Positions 6,915 to 15,677 of a DNA stretch of 34,348 nt are shown here, piece by piece (positions within the stretch are counted from its first letter, which is position 1; each line of letters opens with the position of its first letter). The notes below the pieces were generated by a model that was not told the origin of the DNA, searched no databases, and saw nothing but the letters and a program-made list of their open reading frames with translations. This DNA is from a virus, in the IMG/VR virus record IMGVR_UViG_3300030385_001109, positions 1 through 34,348 of that record, one strand, 5' to 3'. The translations under genes and the position numbers were made by a program.

Positions 6915-7202
6915 ATGGATAAATTTATGATTAAAAGAAAAGGGCAAATAGTCCCTAAGTATTTATGTAGAAGTATAGAAAAAAAAGCGCAGCATACGAT
7001 TAAGTTCGGTTGTGACGTTGAGATTATAGGTAAATCAATAAAGGCACTAACAGAAGGCCATGTTATCTGCTTTCCTTGTATCGATGTATTAAAAAAGAAA
7101 AACAAGAAAACATGGAAGGGCGCTGTTGCTGATGGCCTGTCTATTACAGGGCTTAACGTTAACACTACAGTAATAAAAAGTAAGTACACATATAATTCTT
7201 GA
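6915..7202 (+). CDS. hypothetical Cys-containing basic protein (95 aa)
   Basis: Same orientation as its neighbours. The competing minus ORF 6857..7381 is low-complexity and runs through the repeat. No clear RBS. Confidence 0.45.
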   Translation: MDKFMIKRKGQIVPKYLCRSIEKKAQHTIKFGCDVEIIGKSIKALTEGHVICFPCIDVLKKKNKKTWKGAVADGLSITGLNVNTTVIKSKYTYNS

Positions 7203-7276
7203 TTCAGAGGAAGGCATGCTTTGCTTTTCCTTTGTAATTTGTTGTTATATTGTCGTTTACACAGGAGTAGAAACGA

Positions 7277-7366
7277 ATGGCTTATAATTATAAGGAACAT
7301 GGCGCGATAAGGAGTGAGTGGTGTGCTGATTGTGGTGAAGTAATTGAATGTGACAAGTTCATTTAA
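7277..7366 (+). CDS. 29-aa CxxC mini-protein, absent from the ORF track
   Basis: AGGAG 8 nt upstream of the ATG. My translation is MAYNYKEHGAIRSEWCADCGEVIECDKFI. Confidence 0.35.
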   Translation: MAYNYKEHGAIRSEWCADCGEVIECDKFI

Positions 7367-7450
7367 TACAGCAGAGTCCAAGCAGTATATGGAGCAAATG
7401 GTTTACTACTGGAATGATAAGGGCATTAATATTAAGTTCAAGGATAAATA

Positions 7451-7669
7451 ATGGAATTTTTAAAAAAGTTAAATAGATTGAATAGTTTTTTAGTGGGTGT
7501 ATTGCTGTCTACAGGTGTTATTTTTATGTTTTTGTCTGTGGATGAAGATAAAATTGTTATTGATTGTTCGCCAATCAAGGAGGTCAAAAAACCCAAAAAA
7601 ACTGTAGTGGAAGGCAATGAAAATTGCGTTGAGAATGAGCTTTATAAATCCTGTGACTATAGAGTTTAG
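7451..7669 (+). CDS. small membrane-anchored protein (72 aa, one N-terminal TM segment)
   Basis: FLVGVLLSTGVIFMFLSV is hydrophobic; AAGGA lies 6 nt upstream. Confidence 0.6.
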   Translation: MEFLKKLNRLNSFLVGVLLSTGVIFMFLSVDEDKIVIDCSPIKEVKKPKKTVVEGNENCVENELYKSCDYRV

Positions 7670-7680
7670 CTGGTCTTAAT

Positions 7681-8259
7681 ATGAATTCCAAAAGAAAGTG
7701 TAAGTCATGCGGGGATTATGTTCGCGTCTATGTAATCACCCCTAAAGGCGTATTTTGCAATATTGATAGTGCGGTTAAGTATTCGTATGCTAACAAGTCA
7801 AAAGGCGCTGATATTCAACGTAAGGAGCAAAAGAAAAAGGATACTGTACGCAAGAAAGAATTGTTAACTAGGTCGCAATGGTACAACTTATTGAAAACTC
7901 AAATACACCGATGGGTTGTCCATGTTAGAGATAAAGATAAGGGTTGTTATACTTGCGGCAAAACCGACCCATCAGTTAAGTATGATTGTGGACATAGGCA
8001 TCATGCGGGGCGAGGTGGTGGGGACAGGCGTAGGTTTATAGAGGAGAATTTACACAAGCAATGTTCAGTTAATTGCAATCAGTACGGATCTGGTATGCCT
8101 GTTGAGTATGATAAAGCTTTAGATGTTGAATATGGTAAGGGTTTCGCTGCTAACTTGGCTTGTGTTGCTAACTACCCCACCTTGAAAGAGTTATTTCCAA
8201 CTCATAATGATATTGAGTTGGAAATAATAAGGTATAAAAAACTAATTAAGGGTTGTTAG
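7681..8259 (+). CDS. ninG: NinG/Rap-family recombination endonuclease
   Basis: N-terminal CKSCGD zinc motif, then CYTCG...DCGH...RRFIEENLHKQCSVNCNQYGSG..EY. This parallels lambda NinG (CISCG..[25 protein letters not shown]..Y), recalled from memory. Confidence 0.8.
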   Translation: MNSKRKCKSCGDYVRVYVITPKGVFCNIDSAVKYSYANKSKGADIQRKEQKKKDTVRKKELLTRSQWYNLLKTQIHRWVVHVRDKDKGCYTCGKTDPSVKYDCGHRHHAGRGGGDRRRFIEENLHKQCSVNCNQYGSGMPVEYDKALDVEYGKGFAANLACVANYPTLKELFPTHNDIELEIIRYKKLIKGC

Positions 8260-8280
8260 TTGCATTAATAACAATCGAAA

Positions 8281-8301
8281 TAGCACCTTTTGATGGTGCT
8301 A
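8281..8301. terminator. hairpin between convergent operons (TAGCACC-ttttgat-GGTGCTA)
   Basis: Perfect 7-bp stem between the ninG stop (8259) and the tailspike stop (8318). Confidence 0.5.
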
Positions 8302-8317
8302 ATTAATTAAACGCTCG

Positions 8318-10813
8318 TTATCCTATGACGTTTTTCCATGTTCCTGCTGCCGTGGGTTTGTGGTCTGCTGTGCAAATAAACCCCACTTGGGTATTCGTTG
8401 AGAATGTTGCAATGCCATAGTTTAAATAAGTACCGCGCTTATAGTACCTACTATCAGTTGGGGTTCCAAACCTGACCCCGTGTATTTCACCGTTAAACAA
8501 GTTCATCCCCTGATTGCCGCCTAAGTCCCATACTAGCATTTCCATGTTTACTGTAGTGCCTCGAACGTTAGCCGCGCCAGTGTCGAAGAATTTATTGTTT
8601 GATAACTTAACATCACCTAAAACCCCAGTACTATCCAAAAAGAAAACTTGATAAGCAGGGGCTATCCCGTCTTCAAAAGCAAAGTAGTTACCATCAATTA
8701 AATGCGAACAACCTTCGTTTTTTATTATCTGTATCCCGTAAATAGTACCCGTGCCAGATAAGTTTTTAAAGGTATTTCCTTTAATGGTATTCTTAAGTGC
8801 TCCACCTTCAGGATTTGTATAAAGAATTATGCCGCCAGCCTGAATGGTATTTGTTTTAACTAAGGTTGAGTCAAATTCATTTCTAATAATTTCCATGTTT
8901 TCCAAGTAAGAGAGGATACCATGCTCGCGAAAGTCCTCAAGAGAATTATTCTCGACAGTTACTTGTGAGTTAAACTTCATACCTATATCTGGCGATTGAG
9001 TGTGGATACCCTTAGCCCCGCCTTCCAAATGATTTCCTCTGATGATGACTTTACCTGCGTTGATATTTGCTGGGACTTCCACGCCATGTATTATGATTGG
9101 TGATGATGGCCCTAGAGGCTCGTTGGTAGCCACCAAGCGCACAGTAAAATGGTTATTGATAACCTGTATGTTTTTAAATGTCTTGCCGATGTTTGAGACA
9201 AAGCCTTCTGATACATAGATGCCAGATATGGCACCATCTGAAGAACATTCTGTAACCAAAATATCTTCAGTTTTCTGGTCTTCGTCATTAGTCTGAACAG
9301 CGAACGCACGTTGGCCTGTTGGCATTGTGACATGAACATCCTTAACAACACAACCCATCACACCCAATATTGCAACGCCATTCATTTGTGGATCAGTCGC
9401 AACCGTATCATCGTCATTCCATATAACGGTGAATCCTTCCAGCTTAATGTCAGATATTGGCGCGTTAACACCTAGCCAATCTCTATTGCCTAAGTTATTA
9501 CCTACGCCTGTGCTAGGTGCATAAGCAGTTATCTGTACGCCGAACCTTGTTGATACATTGTTTACAATAGAATTTTTAAGGAATGTTCTGTCTTTGCCTT
9601 GCCCTAATATCCCTGAATTAGATTGATCGATTAAGAAATCACGGATGTAATACAAGCCGTCACCGAATTCAATGTCGCATTGCGAATCACCGTTGCAACG
9701 ACCTGCTCTGCGAATGTTCTGATCTAGATCGACACTTCCATCATTACCGTTGACTTCATTGAATATACCAAACCACTCGGGGTATGCGACACGTATAGAG
9801 CCTTTTAATTCAATATCACCATCACCTGGGAATATTTCTGTTCTGTGTGCGGTTACATTTCCGTTAAACGTGTATCTCGCTACGTTTGGATCTGGTGCAA
9901 CTTGAGCCGTTGTATAAGTGCCTACCGGTGTAAATTCAACGTCAGAAATAATAGTCGTTGCAGTTGAAGCACTTGTTGCTCTGTCAATAACAATCTTCTT
10001 GCCTAACACGTCCATAAAAGGAATTGCGGCTTGAAAGTCTGCGTCTGTATCTACCCAGTTACTAACATTTATATTTTCACCGACACGCAACACTAAAGCC
10101 AAAGTAGGAACACCAGCAGACTGCATTATATTAAAAGTATTAGTTGTTACGCTTGACGTTAAAGCAACATCCCAAATTGCACCGCCACCGCTGCCAGTTG
10201 TGCGCTCTTTTAGGTTTATGACCTTGCCCACAGGGAAGTTTATAGTACAGTTAACCGCATCATCTAGCGTATCAAACTCATAAGCCTGCGATAGATCGTT
10301 AATTAAGATCTTGCTAGTCTCTTGCTCAACATCAAAGTCTAATTCTTTAGCCCACAAACCGCCACCTAAGCTAACGTCTGACGGTGTATCTACTACTATG
10401 TAACAGGTAAATAGATTGTCCCCCCCTGAAACATGCAAAGACTTACCAACAGGGAACACGCCCGTCATTTCGGCAACCGTTTGAAATGTATAAGCTTGTG
10501 ACAGATCGTTAATTAAGATCTCTTCTAGGTTACTTGTTGACATACCCTCGGCAACTTCAGCACCGCCAAAAATTTGACTGCCGTTTTTATCTTGCAATGT
10601 CACCTTATATTCACCGCTGATGTAAATGTCACTAAACGTGCCAGTACTATCAGCTATAACAGGGTTGGCGTTAGGTGTGGGCGTTGAAAGCTGGTCGCTA
10701 TACGTGTCTTTAGGTGTAACCCCATCAACAGCATAAAAGAATAACTTTGCGCCTGAACTTGGCTTAATGCCTGAACCTACATTGTAAAACGGTGCTATAA
10801 ATCTTGAAGTCAT
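8318..10813 (-). CDS. tailspike, pectate-lyase-like right-handed beta-helix with conserved N-terminal particle-binding domain
   Basis: N-terminus FIAPFYNVGSGIKPSSGAKLFFYAVDGVTPKDTYSD...NPVIADSTGTFSDIYI is typical of tail fibre/spike anchors. The central region (IEFGDGLYYIRDFLIDQSNSGILGQGKDRTFL plus repetitive Asn/Gly/Ile-rich rungs) is beta-helix-like. It is the last gene of the late operon, as for P22 gp9. Confidence 0.8.
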   Translation of the reverse strand: MTSRFIAPFYNVGSGIKPSSGAKLFFYAVDGVTPKDTYSDQLSTPTPNANPVIADSTGTFSDIYISGEYKVTLQDKNGSQIFGGAEVAEGMSTSNLEEILINDLSQAYTFQTVAEMTGVFPVGKSLHVSGGDNLFTCYIVVDTPSDVSLGGGLWAKELDFDVEQETSKILINDLSQAYEFDTLDDAVNCTINFPVGKVINLKERTTGSGGGAIWDVALTSSVTTNTFNIMQSAGVPTLALVLRVGENINVSNWVDTDADFQAAIPFMDVLGKKIVIDRATSASTATTIISDVEFTPVGTYTTAQVAPDPNVARYTFNGNVTAHRTEIFPGDGDIELKGSIRVAYPEWFGIFNEVNGNDGSVDLDQNIRRAGRCNGDSQCDIEFGDGLYYIRDFLIDQSNSGILGQGKDRTFLKNSIVNNVSTRFGVQITAYAPSTGVGNNLGNRDWLGVNAPISDIKLEGFTVIWNDDDTVATDPQMNGVAILGVMGCVVKDVHVTMPTGQRAFAVQTNDEDQKTEDILVTECSSDGAISGIYVSEGFVSNIGKTFKNIQVINNHFTVRLVATNEPLGPSSPIIIHGVEVPANINAGKVIIRGNHLEGGAKGIHTQSPDIGMKFNSQVTVENNSLEDFREHGILSYLENMEIIRNEFDSTLVKTNTIQAGGIILYTNPEGGALKNTIKGNTFKNLSGTGTIYGIQIIKNEGCSHLIDGNYFAFEDGIAPAYQVFFLDSTGVLGDVKLSNNKFFDTGAANVRGTTVNMEMLVWDLGGNQGMNLFNGEIHGVRFGTPTDSRYYKRGTYLNYGIATFSTNTQVGFICTADHKPTAAGTWKNVIG

Positions 10814-13500
10814 TATTTATTTTCCTTGTCTAATTCTCTTATTTGTAAAAATGCGAGTGTTCTAGCTGCTTTCTCTAATGAGCTTTTACTCATTTTAGGG
10901 TTTTTAGCTTTTAGCGTTTCAATTTTCGTGTTTACAATGCCGTCAAGCGTTTTCTTTCTTTTTGCTAACTCCTTGCCTTTTTTCACCCCTGATATAGCTA
11001 AGGAACCAAAATTAACTTGACCACCACCAGCAAGATTACCTAGCCTTTCCATCGCATTAAAAAGCTTATTAAAAGTTCCACTAGGGTTCGTTGTGCCTGA
11101 TGGCGCAATAGTCGCATCGCCCATAGTTTGCTGTAGGCGCTTTAGTTCAGCAAACTGTTTTTTACCTAGTAACTCTCGTAAAGCTTCAGGTCTATATGCT
11201 TTTATAGCTGAATTAAGTCGAGCGCCTGACATTTCTAGCGTATCTTTATTTACTGCTTGGCTCAATATATCACCTACTGCCTCGGCTTGTATTGATTGCC
11301 AAGCTTTTTTACTTGAATCTGTCGGGTTTTCAAGCAGTATTTTCTTAACCTTGCGAATATTGGTTACCGCCTTGTCTCCTTTAACGATTTTATTAATAAC
11401 TGATTCGGGATCAACCTCAGGTGTGGCTGTACCACGTTTAAAGCTCGTTAATTTCTCTACAATATCCTTGGCTGAGAATTTACTTTTTTCTGCTGCAAAA
11501 GCATCCCTTGCTTGTTTAAATGCTGAGGTTCTGCTTTTTGCACCTAAAGCTTCTTTTGTTAAATCCATAGTGTAAACAGGGAGGTCACCAGTAACACCAA
11601 AAAAGCCACCATTTTTATCTTGTATAAACCTAGCGTCTTTGTTTTTAACTACTGGGAACCCATCCTTTTTCAATGACTCCCAGACTCTTGCAGCTTCTGG
11701 CGTTACTGACTCGTCAGATATAAAGTTTTTGGCTCCTCTTTTTTTTGCCTCATCAATCGCTGACAAGTAAAGCCCTCTTCCTTCTCCTTTACCTCTCTTT
11801 AATGTGTCTTTTATTGTTACCCCGCCAATAGTAAAGTCGTCACCGTTAAGGGTGCCAAAAAACTTCCCGTTGTCGCTTTCAATTTTAATGCCGTTATTTT
11901 TTAACTCTGTTATCTTGACAGGCAAAAGGGTTTTTTTAGCTCCCTCCTTAATCACTAGATTAACTTGCTCATCAAGCGCATTAACAACAATCTTAGCTGA
12001 ACCAGTTTGATCTGCGCCAACAGCCTTGTTTAGCGCTTGTCTAAAATCCTCAGCGTTATTTAAAGTTAGTGGAGTTACTTCACCAGTAATAGTGATAGAG
12101 TCAGCGCCATCAGTCACCTTAAATTTGTTTCTTGATGATTGTTCTACACTGTCACCGACCAAGCCAAACTTGGCTAAAGCCGTGTTTATTGACTTCTCGA
12201 CCTCTGGCGTTATTGGTCTGTTAACTATTATCTCATCAGCAATTTCAACGATGGATGAATTATTTAATGGTACAGCTTCACCAGTTGATTCTCCAGCTAG
12301 CTTATAAAGCTCATTAACTTCTTTTCGACCGAATTCTTTAATATCCAGTAATTCACCTTGTATTTGGAAGCCTTTATCTCTTGCTGTCTCTTCTGCAAGA
12401 TCACCAGTAGCCTCAGTTAACCTAGCAGATCCGCCAAACTTATCAGTAAAGGCTTTTGATGCCGCTTTTAACTGCTCCTGCTGAGTGTCAGCAAATTGAC
12501 GCGCCTGTATACCTTCTGGCGATACAGACTTTAATAACGTTTGCTCTGCATCACTTGCGCCAAAGTCACCAGTTGCCTGAGCCTTTGAAAGTTGTACGCC
12601 TTGACCTTCTGCCGCTCTTATTTTTTGTAGTGCTTCAGGAGTTAAATCTGCTTGTGTTGCTTTCTTTATTGTTTGCGTTGCTGTGTCCTTTGGAGCAAAA
12701 GGAGTGCGACCACTACCTAAATTTTTACTTGTAAATCCTTGCGGGTCAAAACTTTTCAATATTTGGTCAGGGTCAATTTTTGCATCTTTACGTAATACAT
12801 CGCGAATAGATCTACCTGTTGCTTTTGAAACCTCAAAAGCCTTATCCAAAACACCAGCTGTAACAGTATCAATTGCAACCTGTGAAGCGTCAAACTCACC
12901 GCCAGAAAGCGCTTGTAATGCTTCGATTCCTGCGCTCGTAGCACCAGCAGAGCCGCCAACCTTTAAAGCTCCAGCTACACGCCCAACATGAGTAAAGGCA
13001 GCAGCTAGACCAAGCGCTTGCATGACATCTATTTGACTAAAGCCAGGTTTGTTCAATACCACCTTAACGCCTGTTTTGTTGTTAACTGCAATCAAATTGC
13101 CTTTAGGGTCTGACTGTATGCCGATATTATCAAAGTTACTTTGTAGTATCTGCGCCATTTCTTCAGGGTTCGTAGCAGTCAATAGGGCGGGTGTAATTGC
13201 TTTTGCTTTTAGATTGTCTTCACCAAACAATAAACCGCCTCCCCCCATCTCTGGTAGCTCCTTGGTCGCTTGTGTTTCTCTGTCTGAACCCGTAAAAAAC
13301 TCACCAACAGAATCTAAAAAGCCTTTCTCTTGTTCTGGTTGCGCTATTGGTTCGACTTGTCCTGAAGCCAACCGATTAACACTAGGAATACCCATACTAT
13401 CGCTATTAAGGTTAACATTTCCTTTTCCTTGTTTTAGTTCAAGTTCACGTAACCGTTTCGCTTTTCTTAGTCGGTCTAGCTCTTGCCTTTCATTAACCAT
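10813..13500 (-). CDS. large ejection/internal virion protein (895 aa) with embedded GNAT-like core
   Basis: Positionally equivalent to P22 gp16. Mostly helical with low-complexity stretches. Residues about 523-620 carry RGKGEGRGLYLSAIDEAKKRGAKNFISDESVTPEAARVWESLKKDGF. Confidence 0.6.
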   Translation of the reverse strand: MVNERQELDRLRKAKRLRELELKQGKGNVNLNSDSMGIPSVNRLASGQVEPIAQPEQEKGFLDSVGEFFTGSDRETQATKELPEMGGGGLLFGEDNLKAKAITPALLTATNPEEMAQILQSNFDNIGIQSDPKGNLIAVNNKTGVKVVLNKPGFSQIDVMQALGLAAAFTHVGRVAGALKVGGSAGATSAGIEALQALSGGEFDASQVAIDTVTAGVLDKAFEVSKATGRSIRDVLRKDAKIDPDQILKSFDPQGFTSKNLGSGRTPFAPKDTATQTIKKATQADLTPEALQKIRAAEGQGVQLSKAQATGDFGASDAEQTLLKSVSPEGIQARQFADTQQEQLKAASKAFTDKFGGSARLTEATGDLAEETARDKGFQIQGELLDIKEFGRKEVNELYKLAGESTGEAVPLNNSSIVEIADEIIVNRPITPEVEKSINTALAKFGLVGDSVEQSSRNKFKVTDGADSITITGEVTPLTLNNAEDFRQALNKAVGADQTGSAKIVVNALDEQVNLVIKEGAKKTLLPVKITELKNNGIKIESDNGKFFGTLNGDDFTIGGVTIKDTLKRGKGEGRGLYLSAIDEAKKRGAKNFISDESVTPEAARVWESLKKDGFPVVKNKDARFIQDKNGGFFGVTGDLPVYTMDLTKEALGAKSRTSAFKQARDAFAAEKSKFSAKDIVEKLTSFKRGTATPEVDPESVINKIVKGDKAVTNIRKVKKILLENPTDSSKKAWQSIQAEAVGDILSQAVNKDTLEMSGARLNSAIKAYRPEALRELLGKKQFAELKRLQQTMGDATIAPSGTTNPSGTFNKLFNAMERLGNLAGGGQVNFGSLAISGVKKGKELAKRKKTLDGIVNTKIETLKAKNPKMSKSSLEKAARTLAFLQIRELDKENK

Positions 13501-13501
13501 G

Positions 13502-14629
13502 TTATTGCCCCATTTCTGCGCGTAATTGCTGCAACTCTATTTTTTCGGCTTCTGTCAATCCTGAGTTGCTAGATGTTGCAACAGGTGCTGCTGTTAGTTT
13601 AGCTCTAATCATAGAGTCAATCATTGATATTTTTGCCGCTCTCGCTTCTGGTAAGTCGTTTCTAGTTGGTATCAAATCGGTTAATATTTTTTGATCCCCT
13701 TCTGTAAACGTACCTTCACCAGCACCACGGAAAACATCTTTCATTAGCGGCAACATCATTGCCGTAGCCCCGTCTGCTATTTGCGCATTAGCAGTTAGCG
13801 CAGGAGTTAGAGCAATAAATGGACCTGTTACGGTATCGTCTAAAGATTTAGTTAGGTTACTCATAGCGTTATTGTAAACATTAAGGGTTTTAGAGCTTGA
13901 GCGTTCTTCGCCTAACTTAGCTACCTCAGCCCTGGCTTGTCCAACGGCAGATATTACAGCAGCATCAACAACAGGTTTTAATTTGAATTGAGCCGTTAAT
14001 TTGCCCACTTCTTTGGCTTCAGTAATTACCTTTTCAACAGCTGCTATGGTTGGAGTTATTCCACTAGCTGCGATAGTTTGTATTGCTGACCCCATAGCGC
14101 CAGGGTCTAGTCTTGCCTTAATTCTTCTTGACTTGGTTTTATCTGCCTCTGAAAAATTAGCTATTAAGCTCTCAAAGCTTTTACCTTCTGCTGAACTACC
14201 GCCATCCAAAGGCTTTATCAACCCTACTTGTATAGAGGTATCTACCATGCTTTTTAACAATGCGTTTGCTTTATCTGGCTGTCCTGATTGAAAAAGATCT
14301 AAAACCTCTTGAGAGTCTTCAGGGTTGCCGCCTGAGTTACTGACCTCTTCAATTCTGCGATTTAAGAAGTTAACGCGAGAAGCATCATTAGGTAAGTTTT
14401 GAGCCTTTACCGCTGCATTAGCAGCCCTTTTGAACATATCTGTTTGCTTTTGATTCTCTCGTTCAGTATTAATATTAGACTGTGCAAATTTTTGATTGTC
14501 ACTCATAGATTGCTGTTGCTGTTCTAGCTGCTGATCTCTTTGTTGTATCTGCCTAGCGTTCTGGAATTGATTTATAGCACCAGTAATATCTGGTACTAAT
14601 TGAAACTGATTAGCTGTTACTAATGACAT
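13502..14629 (-). CDS. putative ejection/internal virion protein (375 aa)
   Basis: Positionally equivalent to P22 gp20. Q-rich N-terminus, Ala/Gly-rich, tightly packed in the operon. Confidence 0.5.
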   Translation of the reverse strand: MSLVTANQFQLVPDITGAINQFQNARQIQQRDQQLEQQQQSMSDNQKFAQSNINTERENQKQTDMFKRAANAAVKAQNLPNDASRVNFLNRRIEEVSNSGGNPEDSQEVLDLFQSGQPDKANALLKSMVDTSIQVGLIKPLDGGSSAEGKSFESLIANFSEADKTKSRRIKARLDPGAMGSAIQTIAASGITPTIAAVEKVITEAKEVGKLTAQFKLKPVVDAAVISAVGQARAEVAKLGEERSSSKTLNVYNNAMSNLTKSLDDTVTGPFIALTPALTANAQIADGATAMMLPLMKDVFRGAGEGTFTEGDQKILTDLIPTRNDLPEARAAKISMIDSMIRAKLTAAPVATSSNSGLTEAEKIELQQLRAEMGQ

Positions 14630-14630
14630 T

Positions 14631-15677
14631 TTATACCCCTAACCCTGCGTAATTTACCGATAAATAACCTTTGCTTTCTTTGACTAAGTGAGGTTTTATT
14701 TCTTTGACTTCGTTAGCTATAACTCCGTTATCTTCTCCAAATAAACCTAACTCGTTAGCTAATGAATTCCATCCCCACGTATACCAGTTAAAGCCGTTAG
14801 CTTCGCCAACTTTTTTAACGTCCTCTTTCAATCTTTTATCTGAAAACATTCCAGCAACCGTTCCGCCTAAGCTTAGTACGTTTTGATCTGCTTGTGCTAT
14901 GGCTTGCTGCCCGCCAAGTATGCCAGAGGCTCTAGCTTCACCCTGCCTATTTAATCCCTGCTGTATATTTGCACTATTGGCTTGCCCGAACTGGCCTTGG
15001 TTAGCTGCTGAGTTTATTGCCCCTGAGCCTATAGCTTGTCTGCCTCCGAATTGTGTGGATGCAATATTGGAGCCTACAGATAACTCTCCTTGCCCCAGTT
15101 CAGAAGCGGCATTTTGACCGCTAGCTCTTAGGCTATCCAGTCGGTTGAATTGATTGTTAAAGTCCTGTGCAGCAAAACCAGCACCTTGTTTAATTAAAGC
15201 AGATCGAACATTGCCACCACCAAGGCCACCAATAACTGATGAGTTTCTAACTAGTGATTTTTCAGCACGCTCTCTTATAAACTTCTGGCCGGGACTTTCT
15301 GAAAATTGATTAAAAGCTTGCTGCTGCTGTTCTTGAGTACCCATACCAAGCAAAGCTTGTTGTTGCTCTAAAGCACTCACGCCAGCATTTGCAAAAGGTG
15401 ATAACTGAGCTTGCTGCCCCGCCTTTGAATCTCTAAGTGAGCTTATTGCTTCTTCACTACCTAGCCCTAGCTGCTCTCTGTTAAACTGGTCTGCTAATGA
15501 TAGGTTTTCAGTGGTAACGTCAAACTGTCTAGAGCTTTCATCTAGTCCAGCTTGTGCCGCATTTGCTTGTATGTCGCCAGCCTTGATAGCTGCCTCTTCT
15601 CCTGCTTCTGCCCCCGTAACGTCTTTAACTAGCCCGAATGAACCCACCGAAACAACCTTATTAACAATTTTACTCAT
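14631..15677 (-). CDS. Q/G-rich virion protein with C-terminal peptidase-S74 intramolecular-chaperone domain (348 aa)
   Basis: The C-terminal 70 aa, SDKRLKEDVKKVGEANGFNWYTWGW...GVIANEVKEIKPHLV...GYLSVNYAGL, match the S74 signature SDxRxK ... G.iAqEV ... P..V ... V.Y..L. Confidence 0.7.
   Translation of the reverse strand: MSKIVNKVVSVGSFGLVKDVTGAEAGEEAAIKAGDIQANAAQAGLDESSRQFDVTTENLSLADQFNREQLGLGSEEAISSLRDSKAGQQAQLSPFANAGVSALEQQQALLGMGTQEQQQQAFNQFSESPGQKFIRERAEKSLVRNSSVIGGLGGGNVRSALIKQGAGFAAQDFNNQFNRLDSLRASGQNAASELGQGELSVGSNIASTQFGGRQAIGSGAINSAANQGQFGQANSANIQQGLNRQGEARASGILGGQQAIAQADQNVLSLGGTVAGMFSDKRLKEDVKKVGEANGFNWYTWGWNSLANELGLFGEDNGVIANEVKEIKPHLVKESKGYLSVNYAGLGV

Noticed and set aside
6857-7381. 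174-aa minus-strand ORF spanning the 6.9-7.4 kb region
   Set aside because: The translation is hydrophobic and low-complexity. The ORF reads through the 46-nt repeat/terminator and the well-supported small plus-strand ORFs, and its orientation opposes all neighbours. The plus-strand 6915-7202 gene is preferred, though itself only moderate confidence.
9112-9351. Same-strand alternative-frame ORFs inside larger genes (9112-9351, 12756-12959, 20469-20675, 32173-32412, 5258-5452)
   Set aside because: They are nested in out-of-frame positions within genes of confident identity (tailspike, ejection protein, coat, ERF and the 134-aa protein). None has an RBS or plausible protein features.
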